Positions 49,399 through 59,563 of a stretch of 64,000 nucleotides of DNA are shown in pieces (the first letter of the stretch is position 1; the number at the start of each line of letters is the position of its first letter). Source of the stretch: an uncultured virus (IMG/VR IMGVR_UViG_3300025327_000013) (taxonomy: Duplodnaviria > Heunggongvirae > Uroviricota > Caudoviricetes); the IMG/VR virus record IMGVR_UViG_3300025327_000013. One strand, given 5' to 3'. The translations under genes were made by a program, and so were the position numbers. A model generated the notes under the pieces. It searched no databases. It was not told the origin of the DNA and worked only from the letters and a program-made list of their open reading frames with translations.

Positions 49399-50279
49399 TT
49401 GATTCGGCGGTGCGAGATCGGACGGCGTGCATGATGAGAGTGAGGAACGAAGAAAGATGGCTAAAAAGGTCACTTGAGCGGACTTACCAGGTGGCAAAGA
49501 CCGTTGTGCTGTTTGACGACGGATCTGAAGACAGAACTATACGTGAGGCGCTTGAGACCGTCCTGCCGAGTACGGATGTCATTGATCGCCTGCTGGCTGC
49601 GCCAGATCCCATTGCTGTGGCGTACAACGATCGGTGCTTGTATGTAATCCGTTCTCCGTTTCGGTACAATGTAGTGCGGCCACGAGAGTCAGTCAATGAA
49701 ATCGTGGATAAGGTGATACTCTGGCGGTTTGTTAAAGCGACCGTGGATTTTGACTACATACTCTGTCTTGATGGCGATGAAATTCTTACGCTGGCAGCCA
49801 TTCGTAATTGGTCGTCGGCTATCGAACAGATGCGCTCGGGCATTGACATCTTGCACATTCCGTTCCTTTACGCTTGGGATGCAGAAGATCGACGTCGCGT
49901 GGACGGTATTTACGGGGACATCCCTGGTAGTTCGTTCGCGAAGTTGAATTTCCCGAGGCTCTTTACCATTCTTCGACTGAACGAACATTCTTTGTACAAT
50001 TCTACCTTCCAGTGGCATGGCACACAATGGAGTCTTCACGGAGGCAGTGTGCCTCGCCAGAACTTTCGACCTCTCGGGGCTGAGCCGACGTCTGGGAATG
50101 CCCACCTTCCTGTTTTACACCTTGGATACGTGTCTGAAGAACTCCGGCAACGAAAGTTCATTTTTTATAATGCTCAGGATCCGGCCAACGACGCGGAAGG
50201 GCGGTACGAACATATTGTAGGAAGAAGTGATATTCATGCCCCTGGACCATTGGAATTTGTATCCTGGAGCGATACATGA
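49395..50279 (+). CDS. GT2-like glycosyltransferase
   Basis: RNEE..L, DDGSEDRT, LCLDGDE, HLGY. Confidence 0.85.
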   Translation: MIDSAVRDRTACMMRVRNEERWLKRSLERTYQVAKTVVLFDDGSEDRTIREALETVLPSTDVIDRLLAAPDPIAVAYNDRCLYVIRSPFRYNVVRPRESVNEIVDKVILWRFVKATVDFDYILCLDGDEILTLAAIRNWSSAIEQMRSGIDILHIPFLYAWDAEDRRRVDGIYGDIPGSSFAKLNFPRLFTILRLNEHSLYNSTFQWHGTQWSLHGGSVPRQNFRPLGAEPTSGNAHLPVLHLGYVSEELRQRKFIFYNAQDPANDAEGRYEHIVGRSDIHAPGPLEFVSWSDT

Positions 50280-50800
50280 ACGCGAGAACACGCCGACCTA
50301 TAATTATAAAAGACGGTATAGCGTATATAGATCTTGCCGGTAGAGACTGGGCACTTATTAACGAGGAAGATTTACCCTTAGTTAGTAATTGGCCGTGGCA
50401 TAGGATTAGAGGAAAGTATACTTGGTACGCCGCAACAAATATTAGAGTGCCAAGTCGTCAACAAGAATACATGCACAGAATGATTCTTGGTACATCTGGG
50501 AACAAATATACCGACCATATAAATGGTAATGGGCTTGATAACAGACTGATCAATTTAAGGGAATGTACTAATGGTCAGAATATGCGCAACGCTGAAAAGA
50601 GAAAACGTGGCAAAGTTTTATCTAGTAAATATAAAGGAGTATGTTGGTCTAAGAAATCTTCTTTATGGAGAGCAACGATTAAGGAGATGGGCATTCAAAG
50701 ACATATTGGACTTTTTAAGTCCGAGGTGGAAGCCGCTAGGGCTTATGATTCAGCAGCAATAAAAGCATTTGGCGAATTCGCAAGGCCAAACTTCGCATGA
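50276..50800 (+). CDS. HNH-AP2 homing endonuclease
   Basis: MHRMI..DHINGNGLDNR..NLR; AP2 SKYKGV..W.A.I..IG.F..E.EAARAYD; very AT-rich. Confidence 0.92.
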   Translation: MNARTRRPIIIKDGIAYIDLAGRDWALINEEDLPLVSNWPWHRIRGKYTWYAATNIRVPSRQQEYMHRMILGTSGNKYTDHINGNGLDNRLINLRECTNGQNMRNAEKRKRGKVLSSKYKGVCWSKKSSLWRATIKEMGIQRHIGLFKSEVEAARAYDSAAIKAFGEFARPNFA

Positions 50801-51531
50801 TCTACGCCGTCATCCCGTCCAGAACTGACGCCTACCTCGACGCGCTCCTGTCCTCCATGGAAGTCTCCGAGCCAGGCATGCTCGGGTATGCCGTGATCGC
50901 TGATAATGGGCTAAGTCAAGAGTTCAAAGATCGCTGGAAGATGATGTGTACGTTCGAACCGACGCCACAACCATTCGTATTCGCACAAGCCATCAACCTC
51001 GCGGTGGCCAAGATTCCAAAGAGCGCGGACATCCTCATCCTGAACGATGATACGACTATGGTGAGTACGTTCTGGCGTCAGCGTGCTGAGCGCCTACTCC
51101 GATCCCCAGATCTCGAGCGCTACGGCATGATCTCGCTGGCCATCGACGGAGGCGTGGGGAACCCGGAGCAGAAGCGCGTGTTCTGGCAGACACCGGACGT
51201 GGTCGAGGCCACGAAGACGCTGTGCTTCGTTGCAGTGATAATCCGGCGCACGGCGTGGGACGCAGTAGGGCCGATGGATGAACGGTTTCACGCGTACGGC
51301 CACGATGACGACGACGCAGTGCGTCGCATGAAGTTAGGTGGTTGGAAATGTGGCGTGACTCAGCGTATCGTGGTAACGCACGGCGCTGATGGTAGGCCGC
51401 ACAGCGCGTCATATCTTCGGTACCATAGCCAGGAAGAGGCCGATAGGCTCTTCCATGAAAACCAGAGGATCTACTTTAATAAGTGGGGAGGATCTCCTGG
51501 GTATGAAAGGTTAACGGTGCCCAATCCATGA
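50797..51531 (+). CDS. GT2 glycosyltransferase
   Basis: FAQAIN, ILNDD, VGPMDERF..YGHDDDD. Confidence 0.85.
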   Translation: MIYAVIPSRTDAYLDALLSSMEVSEPGMLGYAVIADNGLSQEFKDRWKMMCTFEPTPQPFVFAQAINLAVAKIPKSADILILNDDTTMVSTFWRQRAERLLRSPDLERYGMISLAIDGGVGNPEQKRVFWQTPDVVEATKTLCFVAVIIRRTAWDAVGPMDERFHAYGHDDDDAVRRMKLGGWKCGVTQRIVVTHGADGRPHSASYLRYHSQEEADRLFHENQRIYFNKWGGSPGYERLTVPNP

Positions 51532-52001
51532 ACGCCGTGGCCATGGTCAACATCTGCTTTCGTCATGCGTATCCGGAACTCTACGACCGCGACTGTGTCG
51601 AAGAGCCTGCGATCCCAGCGGACCTGCGTCATGGCGCTGGTGTCGGTGATATTCCAGTGGGTGCGGAGATTCCGGATGCCGTGACACTGATAGGCGACAC
51701 ACTGTCGGAGGCCGAACGCCTGCGGGCGCAGCAGGCATCATGCTAATCCGGTGCCCACAGTGTAAGCGGAAGAGCTTCGACCCCGTGGCTGGGGCCTGTG
51801 AACGACGTGCGTGTGGATATACCGCGTCATGAGGGTCTCTTCCCCGCATGTCCTGCCAAAGCGACGTGGTGCCGAACTTATATGTCCCGTGTGTGGTGGC
51901 AAGTTTTACGTGAAGCCCTCACTGGTGGCGAAAACAAGCACGTGCTCATTGTCTTGCAAGGCGGAGAGACAGCGGCGGCCACAACTTCGGTTGGATGAGA
52001 C

Positions 52002-52487
52002 ATGACTCGTGCTCTGAACCTCGGGTGCGGGACGAAGCTCAAGAAGCCTGGGGATGAGGGCTTCGATGAATGGATCAACGCGGATATTCGCGAGGATGTC
52101 GGGGCGGACATGACTTTCGATTGCATAATAGGTATTCCATTCCCTAATGGGTATTTTGATCATGCGGAGGCTGACAATTTCCTTGAGCACGTCAGATCGG
52201 AAAGCCTCCTCCCACTGATCAATGAACTCGATCGGGTGATCCGAGTTAACGGAACAGTGCGCATAATCGTGCCGCATTTCTTATCACAAGGCGCAGTCCA
52301 AGATCCCACTCACGTCGCGCTATTTTCACCGCGGACGTTCCTCTATCTCAATCAGCGCCAGACAATATTTGGTGGTCGCGCGATCGGCATTACCGCGAAC
52401 CTCATCGCCATCGAAGGCCCGACGGTCTATGGAGACATGGCCACGGAAGCGTTTATCACGGTGCTGCTGAGGAAGGAGCCACTGTAA
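52002..52487 (+). CDS. class I SAM methyltransferase (type 11-like)
   Basis: LNLGCG, NFLEHV, ELDRV...G, DPTH. Confidence 0.85.
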   Translation: MTRALNLGCGTKLKKPGDEGFDEWINADIREDVGADMTFDCIIGIPFPNGYFDHAEADNFLEHVRSESLLPLINELDRVIRVNGTVRIIVPHFLSQGAVQDPTHVALFSPRTFLYLNQRQTIFGGRAIGITANLIAIEGPTVYGDMATEAFITVLLRKEPL

Positions 52488-53094
52488 TGATCGGCGTCAG
52501 ACCTGAGAACGTACAACTGTACAAGAGTCTTGCCGCCTATCGTCGCGCGCTCATTACAATTGACGATATTCCGCCTGAGGTGCTCCGAGGTATAGCGTGG
52601 CATTTACTGGAAGTCTGTGAAGTGCTTGTACAAGGACTGGATACGTTCAGAACAACCGTGGAAGATGCAATGGCGAAGCGATGAAGGAGCCACTGTAATG
52701 TCTGCGTTCTCGTTCGATCGGTGGATGCCGGAACTTGCGCTGAATAACGAGTTCCTCTGTGTGCGATATCGACAAACCACCACGACCGTATCACGGGATG
52801 TCCATAGTCTACACGGGCAGCCGATATACTTCGACACACGATCAGCGGCGCGAGCACAGTGTGAACTCTTGAATGCGTCGGAGCGTGCAGCTGTAGTTTC
52901 AACACGGAGGTTCACCGCGTGATCGTAACCTGTTCTTCGTGCCAGCTAGAATACGACGATTTATATACGCTCACCTATTGCCCACATTTGCCATTCCAAA
53001 TGCATACGAAGGTCACCGTTAACGGCATCCAGCGCTGCTGTCATAGCATCGAAGAACTGCGCGAAGCGATGCTGGACAAGACGCAGAGTGAACG

Positions 53095-53730
53095 ATGACG
53101 TTGGGTGCTGAGAAAAGAGCCACCAGGATTTGGGAAAAAACATGCCCAGCGTGTGGAGAATCTTTTGCTGTTGGCGGTGCATGTGGACCAATGAGAAAGA
53201 AAAAGTATTGTTCTGTGAGATGCGCGGGATTTTCCCCGTCCTTTTCTTCACCACGTGGGGCAATGCCGTTAGAGATGAAAAAGGAAGACGCTGCTTGGTT
53301 AGCAGGCCTGTTCGATGGCGAAGGTTGCGTGATCATCTACAAAAGCTCAAGTAAGTATTCAGTCCGATATGCTATGAAGATAACATTGTCCAATACGAAC
53401 TCAGAAGCACTTGTAAGATGTAGGGATATTTCCGGGGTTGGCAATGTTGTTCTTGGCAGGGCAGGAACATATAAAAGTAAGCCGAGTTATTACTGGGTCG
53501 CCGGCAGTGAGACCGCTGCTGCTATTCTTCGTCAGATACTACAGTATTCTTTTATAAAGAAACCGCAGGTAGAACTTGCCCTGAAGTTTCAAGAAAAAAT
53601 GCTGACTGCGTCTTTGAGGGCTCAGCTTGGATGGCAATTAGAGATGAAAAATGAGCTGCATTTGTTGAATTATCGTGGACCTCGTATTATAACGCAGCGT
53701 CTTGGTCGCCCGAAGACAGAGGCTGTGTAA
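53095..53730 (+). CDS. LAGLIDADG homing endonuclease with N-terminal zinc finger
   Basis: AWLAGLFDGEGC; CPACG..YCS..C. Confidence 0.88.
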   Translation: MTLGAEKRATRIWEKTCPACGESFAVGGACGPMRKKKYCSVRCAGFSPSFSSPRGAMPLEMKKEDAAWLAGLFDGEGCVIIYKSSSKYSVRYAMKITLSNTNSEALVRCRDISGVGNVVLGRAGTYKSKPSYYWVAGSETAAAILRQILQYSFIKKPQVELALKFQEKMLTASLRAQLGWQLEMKNELHLLNYRGPRIITQRLGRPKTEAV

Positions 53731-54407
53731 TGCTACCCATCGTTATGCCGTGTGTGAATTGCGTTTCTTATAGTAAGCAAGCGGTCGCGTCCGCGCATCC
53801 TCGCAGCGATCTCTACTTCATCGACAACGCCTCGACAGACGGCACGCGCGAGTGGGCGCAGGCAGAGGCCAACGCTGGCAGACTTCGATATCTGCCCCAG
53901 AGGTATAATCTTGGCGTGGCGGCATCCTGGAACCTCGGGATCCGAAAAGCCTTTGCTGACGGCCATGACAGCGTACTAGTGAGCAATAACGATGTTGTGT
54001 ACGACGTGGATACGATCCCGAACCTCGAGCGCTGGCACGAGGAGACAGGGGGCTTTATCACCGTCCACTCGGTCGCGTACCTTGAAACGCTGCTGAAGCA
54101 AGCGCGGCGGCATGTGCTGGAGCAGCCACCGGATTTCGCGGGCTTTGTTATCTCACGGAAAATATTTGAGATGATTGGTCCGTTCGATGAAGGATTCCGT
54201 CAAGCGTATTTCGAAGATCTGGATTATGTCATCCGCATGAAAGACGCTGATATAGTTTACGGCCGTGCTATGAACTCCTTAGTGCTTCATTACCACTCGA
54301 GAACTGTACACGAGGGGGGAGTGAAGGCTTTCCCTCAGCAAGAGTTAAATCGTCGTCGCTTCATTGCCAAGTGGGGGCAACAGCGGCTACAGGAAGTCGG
54401 GCAATAG
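53730..54407 (+). CDS. GT2 glycosyltransferase
   Basis: IDNASTDGT, NLGVAASWN, NND, GPFDEGF..YFEDLD. Confidence 0.9.
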   Translation: MLPIVMPCVNCVSYSKQAVASAHPRSDLYFIDNASTDGTREWAQAEANAGRLRYLPQRYNLGVAASWNLGIRKAFADGHDSVLVSNNDVVYDVDTIPNLERWHEETGGFITVHSVAYLETLLKQARRHVLEQPPDFAGFVISRKIFEMIGPFDEGFRQAYFEDLDYVIRMKDADIVYGRAMNSLVLHYHSRTVHEGGVKAFPQQELNRRRFIAKWGQQRLQEVGQ

Positions 54408-55119
54408 TCAATCAAAGGAGGACATGGTAATGGGATCTAGGGGTGCATTCTACCGTACTCATGTCTGTCCCGGAGGAGAGAAGCCACCGGACACACGAGC
54501 GATGATCGTTGCAGTTGATAAAGATAACGCGTTGATTGCGAACGTCCACGTTGGGTGGTATCTCCAGCTTGACGTAGATTGCTACGATTGGATATCAACC
54601 GTGCACGTGTCGATCGTGTTCTGTCCGTGGTGTCGGGTCACGCTCGAATGAAAGATATTCCGTCTGACTGGATCCGAGACTATGTGGACAAGTTACTCAC
54701 ACTAGCTGGTCAGTTGCCGGAAGATGGGAAGATGCGCGAGGCTATGTTGCGAAACGTAGATTGTATTATGAATATGGTACAGGCGTGGAAAGATACTAAG
54801 GAGACGCAATGAACACTATATCAAACTATCGCTTCGACGGTGTCAAGACTGAGCCAGTGTATTTCTGCCGTTGTGGTGTTGAGCACACAGGAGATTACGC
54901 AATCTACGATTTCGGACATCATATGTGCTTTCACGATGGACCACTGTGGGATATCGGCTTAGGTCAATTTGTCTGCTCGGAGTGTGGGAAAGATTTCAGA
55001 GTTGAGGAGATGCGCTCAGAATATGATATTCGTCAAGGTGTACGAAGGAAGTATACTACCCGTTATCAGAAGCTCTCGTGGTGGCAGGAAATAGTCTTGT
55101 ATCTGCAGGCGCTCTACCG

Positions 55120-56232
55120 ATGATCCGCGTGGGGTATTCGTCGTTTCTAGCTGACAGTTCGGGCATGGGGGAAGCGGCTCGTCGAGTACTGACTGCGTTG
55201 TCACTTCTTGACGACGTCGAAGTCGGTCCAGCGATCCTCAAGGGCGGGAAGCGAATCATCAGTGACGGGGGCTGGCAAGTGCCGATCACGCCAGCGCTCA
55301 AAGCATTCATCGACTACGATCTCTCTGGCCCAGCCGACGTTCATATGATCCACTGCGCTGCGATGGATTTCGATAAGTTTCGGCCACCGTTCATGACAGC
55401 GAAGCGGATCGGCATGACTTGTGTAGAGGTCGATCGCCTACACCGTATCCAGATCGAAGGCTGTAAGTTCGTCGATCAGGTACTCGTACCATCCAAACAC
55501 AACCAGGAGGTCTTCGAACGAGCTGGCATAGCGACGACCGTGGTCCCGTATCCGCTGGTCATGCCACCGTATACAGATGAACGGAACATCCCGAACCGGC
55601 AGGCAATCGTCGGGGTCTTCGATAGCTCGTACGTATTTTATTGTGTAACCACCCTCCAAGAGCGCAAGAATATCATGGGTCTCGTGACCGCGTTCCTCCA
55701 TGCCTTTACGTGGCAGGATGACGTCGCGCTCCTGATCAAGGTTGCTGGTGTGGATCCTCAGCAGGCTGTCAAGGACGCCGCTCTTTTCGTCGGAGCTTTG
55801 TGCACGGACATGCAGATCCAGGATCCGCCAAAGATCCGTCTGCTCGGCGGGGAATGGACGGATCCCATGCTCTGGGGCCTCCATGCTCGAGGGGACTGCT
55901 ACGTGTCCTTATCCCGTGGGGAGGCCTTCGGAATTCCTTTGTTGGATGCCGCCGCCATGGGGAACCAGGTCATCGCGGTGCCGTACGGTGGCCACGTGGA
56001 CTTCTTGCCGGCTGAAAACACGCATTGGGTGAAATATAGGATGACGCCAGTTGTCCAGAGATACCCACATTTCAATGGCCAGCAACTCTGGGCCGACGCC
56101 GACATCCTTCAGGCCGCCAACCTCATGAAGGAGATCGCCAAGAAAGGACGAGGGCCGAAAGCTCTACCGAACCTCACAGCATTTTCTACTATAAAAATCG
56201 CGGAGTTACTGCACAAGGTGCTTACTGAATGA
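55120..56232 (+). CDS. GT4 glycosyltransferase
   Basis: ERKN, SRGEAFGIPLLDAAAMG. Confidence 0.85.
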   Translation: MIRVGYSSFLADSSGMGEAARRVLTALSLLDDVEVGPAILKGGKRIISDGGWQVPITPALKAFIDYDLSGPADVHMIHCAAMDFDKFRPPFMTAKRIGMTCVEVDRLHRIQIEGCKFVDQVLVPSKHNQEVFERAGIATTVVPYPLVMPPYTDERNIPNRQAIVGVFDSSYVFYCVTTLQERKNIMGLVTAFLHAFTWQDDVALLIKVAGVDPQQAVKDAALFVGALCTDMQIQDPPKIRLLGGEWTDPMLWGLHARGDCYVSLSRGEAFGIPLLDAAAMGNQVIAVPYGGHVDFLPAENTHWVKYRMTPVVQRYPHFNGQQLWADADILQAANLMKEIAKKGRGPKALPNLTAFSTIKIAELLHKVLTE

Positions 56233-56259
56233 CTCGACATGTGTTGAGATAAACCACTC

Positions 56260-56505
56260 ATGAGTATGCCAATCCAGCGATTGTTTTACCGTGTCGAAGA
56301 GGTGGCGACACTCCTTGAAATTTCGGTTCGAACGGCGTACCGCGCGATTGAAAAGGGAGACATTCCGAGCACGCGAGTACGCGGGTCACTGCGCATTCCC
56401 ATAGCGGAGTTTCACATACGGTTTGGGCTGTCTGGAACTGTCGCATCGACGTCGACGGACCGTTGCGCAGACCTGTCATGGATGACAAAGAAAAGAAAGG
56501 CCTGA
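56260..56505 (+). CDS. excisionase-like helix-turn-helix protein
   Basis: YRVEEVATLLEISVRTAYRAI..G.IP..R..G..RIP. Confidence 0.8.
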   Translation: MSMPIQRLFYRVEEVATLLEISVRTAYRAIEKGDIPSTRVRGSLRIPIAEFHIRFGLSGTVASTSTDRCADLSWMTKKRKA

Positions 56506-56556
56506 TCTGACGCAGACTTGACGTACAGGCGTTCATCTTGGTAGTGTTGTGGCGAA

Positions 56557-56745
56557 ATGGACACACCACAGGTAGTGCCATTGAGCGGATTCAAGCCTAA
56601 CGCACAACACCCGGTCGTAGCTGCACCTCCTGTTGAACTCACTCCCGATCAGCTCCCAATGCGGATCAATTTCAAGGGACGGAAGTATGTTCTGCTGATG
56701 ACAAAAAATATGAGGTTGGTCATGAATGGAGTCACTGACGAGTAA
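56557..56745 (+). CDS. small protein resembling the HemP/HmuP fold
   Basis: INFKGRKYVLLMTKNMRLVM resembles I.H.G..Y.L..T...KL.L. Confidence 0.4.
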   Translation: MDTPQVVPLSGFKPNAQHPVVAAPPVELTPDQLPMRINFKGRKYVLLMTKNMRLVMNGVTDE

Positions 56746-56795
56746 CTAATACTCCGGCCTTGCGCCGGTTGACATTCCACCAAGCGAGCGAGCCT

Positions 56796-56830
56796 AAAGC
56801 CAGCGAGCCCTCAGAGTCGTTGGCTTTTTT
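56796..56830 (+). terminator. intrinsic terminator upstream of the capsid genes
   Basis: aaagccagcga-10 nt-tcgttggcttt followed by a T run. Confidence 0.75.
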
Positions 56831-57189
56831 GCTGTGCACGTTCGAACGCGGGAGGGACGATAGATGGCAAATCAGTTGATCTGGATCATCATCGTTCTGG
56901 CGGTCCTTGCCGGCTTTGCATGGTTCGCAAAATGGATCATCGAGGGATTCTTCCCAGAGCCCATGCGGACGCCTGCCCTCATCCTCGTCGGCGTTGTTCT
57001 GTTGATCTTCCTCATTATCGCGGCCTCACAACTTCTCGGTGGCGGCTCAACGATTGGGCCATTCAAATTCGGCCGCGCTGCAGTTATCGAAGAACCATCA
57101 GGGCACACACACCTCACCGCGTGCTGCATCAAGCCGCATCGGCGTGATATGGCGGCGATCTAGATGTTCTCTTGCAGTGTGAATCAGTT

Positions 57190-59073
57190 ATGGAGAGCGG
57201 TCGCATGGTGAAATATCACACGGCGACGATGAGCCACGAGCAGATCCGTTCGACGGTTCAACGTGCACTCGATACAAAGTATCCGGGACCGATGCCAGAA
57301 CCCATGGATTACGCTTCCATGCCGTGGGCCATGGAGGTTTACGACGGTCACGTGATCCATTCCGGTGGTCCAGGGAAAGGTCTGTATAAGCAGAAATATA
57401 AACTCGGCAAAAACGGCGAATGTGAATTGCTAGGTGAACCGGAAGAGGTCGAGCCTGGCTATGTTACCAAGGTGGGGATGCAGTTAGCAGCGGCAAAAGT
57501 TACAACCGGGGACGAAGCGGACGCCCAGGCGCTAATGGCCGAGTTGTGCGAAAAAAATCCGCTCATGGCGTCCATCAAGGATTCTCCGAACACCCATCTG
57601 GTCATTTTCGATCTAACGTCCATCGGCAAGCCGAGCAATCACGAGGGTGAGTTCCATTATCAATTGGCGAAGGCCGGGTTGAAGGCGGCACTGCCCACGC
57701 TGATCAGCAAGCCTATTCACGTGACGGAGGGTTTCGACGGGCACTTTACGGCTGGGAAGGACCCCGTGGCGATTGGCGTGTTTCTGGGCGGCGTGGTCAT
57801 TGACCAAGCCGATGGGTCTCAGATTCTTCGCGCAGTTGGCACGCTCTGGGACAATGATTTCCCGGATATCGTCAACGAGATCAAAGAGAAGCGTGCGGAT
57901 CTCGGTGCCAGTTATGAAATCGCCTACCTCGCTGCCAGCGCGTCCCGCTTAGGAGGCAAGGTGATCGAGATCGGGCAATACGAGTTCTCCGGTGGGGCGC
58001 TTCTCTACAAATCTGCAGCGGCACATCACGAGACGCAATTGCTGATGGCGGATAAGGATGTTAGTCAGGCTTTCGATGTGCTGGACGACGAGCAGTACCC
58101 GCGGCTCCTTGCGTATCTCCGCGGTGGCACCAGCTTTACGCAGGCCGACACGTTGTCCTACAAGGCCCGTGAGAATCTGTCGGACAAGGATTTTGCGCTA
58201 ATCCAGCACGTCGATGGCCGTACGATTCGGCGGTTTCCGTTGCAGGACGAAGCACATCGCAAGAATGCATGGGCGCGATTGTCTCAGGCGAAGAACCTCT
58301 CCGACGCGGAACGCTCGGAGGTGGCAAACAAGATCATCTCGCGTGCGAAGGCAGCTGGGGATGACTGGGCAAAGCCGTACACGAAGTCCGGTGGTGACTG
58401 GACGAAGGGCACTCAGACCAAAGGAGGAGCATCCATGAAGTACAAGGGCATTCCGGAAGAGCTGGAGGCGGCGGTCGAGGCCCTGCTCAAGGACGCCACG
58501 GCCACAGTGACAGCGGAGTTCACCGACAAGATCGCAGCGCTCGAGGCCAAGCAGGCTAAGGCATTGGCGGCGATGGACGGTGAAGACGACAAGGACATGG
58601 AAAAGATGATGAAGAAGAAGATGGCGGAGACGACAGCCGAACTTGAGCGGATCAAGCCGTTCGAGGCCAAGGTCACGGAATTGACGGCTGCGCTGGACGT
58701 CACCAAGGACCAGTTGACAACTGAACTCAGCAAGACGACAGAGGAACTTGCGACCGCACGGGCGGAACTCGACAAGCTCGCTGGTGAGCAGAAGTTGGCT
58801 GCCACGATTGCCGCGCTCAAGGCCGACTATGGCTTGACCGACGAGCAGCTGAAGGAAGAAAAGCGTGCGGTCATCGTCGCCAAGCAGGCTGCCGGCAAGG
58901 AGCCGCTCACGATCGAGGAGTGGAAGCAGTTGATGACCGGCGCGCAAGTCCCTGGCGTTGCCGGAACCCGTGTGCCGTTGTTCGCGGGCGGTGGAGACCC
59001 GGGCCAGCAGGCGCCGGATTTGAAGGCGATTTCGAAGAATTTCCCCAACGCGACCAAAAAGGTGTTCAGGTAA
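57190..59073 (+). CDS. prohead protease-scaffold fusion (start uncertain)
   Basis: H..GASYE protease-like motif, DUF6582-like R..L.D.DFA..RRFP..D..H..NA..R segment, C-terminal coiled coil; upstream of the capsid genes. Confidence 0.7.
   Translation: MESGRMVKYHTATMSHEQIRSTVQRALDTKYPGPMPEPMDYASMPWAMEVYDGHVIHSGGPGKGLYKQKYKLGKNGECELLGEPEEVEPGYVTKVGMQLAAAKVTTGDEADAQALMAELCEKNPLMASIKDSPNTHLVIFDLTSIGKPSNHEGEFHYQLAKAGLKAALPTLISKPIHVTEGFDGHFTAGKDPVAIGVFLGGVVIDQADGSQILRAVGTLWDNDFPDIVNEIKEKRADLGASYEIAYLAASASRLGGKVIEIGQYEFSGGALLYKSAAAHHETQLLMADKDVSQAFDVLDDEQYPRLLAYLRGGTSFTQADTLSYKARENLSDKDFALIQHVDGRTIRRFPLQDEAHRKNAWARLSQAKNLSDAERSEVANKIISRAKAAGDDWAKPYTKSGGDWTKGTQTKGGASMKYKGIPEELEAAVEALLKDATATVTAEFTDKIAALEAKQAKALAAMDGEDDKDMEKMMKKKMAETTAELERIKPFEAKVTELTAALDVTKDQLTTELSKTTEELATARAELDKLAGEQKLAATIAALKADYGLTDEQLKEEKRAVIVAKQAAGKEPLTIEEWKQLMTGAQVPGVAGTRVPLFAGGGDPGQQAPDLKAISKNFPNATKKVFR
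58435..59073 (+). CDS. nested in-frame scaffolding protein
   Basis: AAGGAGGAG RBS directly before an internal ATG at the start of the coiled-coil region. Confidence 0.6.
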   Translation: MKYKGIPEELEAAVEALLKDATATVTAEFTDKIAALEAKQAKALAAMDGEDDKDMEKMMKKKMAETTAELERIKPFEAKVTELTAALDVTKDQLTTELSKTTEELATARAELDKLAGEQKLAATIAALKADYGLTDEQLKEEKRAVIVAKQAAGKEPLTIEEWKQLMTGAQVPGVAGTRVPLFAGGGDPGQQAPDLKAISKNFPNATKKVFR

Positions 59074-59102
59074 TCCCACGCACACAGGAGGAGTGATGAA
59101 TC

Positions 59103-59531
59103 ATGGCGAAGAAAATCGCAGCCTATAACACAAACTCCGTTATCGGGGCGCCGATCAAGGCGGCCGCGGCATCGACCATTCTTCAGGGAGTCTTCGTTGG
59201 GCTGGATGGGTCCGGCCTAATCCTCCCGGCGGATATGCGGTCCTCGGCCGGTCCGGTGCAGGCTCGGGGTGCGGCGCTACAAGATGCGCAGATGAAGGAT
59301 CCGAAGGGTAACGTGTTGGATACGATCGTGCAGGGTTCCTACACATTCGAAGGCAAAATCGCGGGGTTGTCCGGTCTCACGTCCGGCGCAACCTATTACC
59401 TGCTCTCTGGTGGTGCCATTCAATCAACGGCTCCTGCATCGGCGACGGGCGATATCGACCAGGAAGTCGGCTACGCACTCGACGACACAACCTTGGTCAT
59501 CATGATCGGACCAGCTGTCATCCACGCCTAA
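59103..59531 (+). CDS. capsid decoration/cement protein
   Basis: 142 aa, GL..GATYYL..G..Q..VG.A pattern; between scaffold and capsid genes. Confidence 0.65.
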   Translation: MAKKIAAYNTNSVIGAPIKAAAASTILQGVFVGLDGSGLILPADMRSSAGPVQARGAALQDAQMKDPKGNVLDTIVQGSYTFEGKIAGLSGLTSGATYYLLSGGAIQSTAPASATGDIDQEVGYALDDTTLVIMIGPAVIHA

Positions 59532-59563
59532 TGGCGTTGGCTGAGAAAGGGAGGAACTGAGCA

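Noticed and set aside
56260..56505. Excisionase implying an att site or integration module
   Set aside because: No integrase, tRNA or att-like repeat is nearby; it is more likely a regulator.
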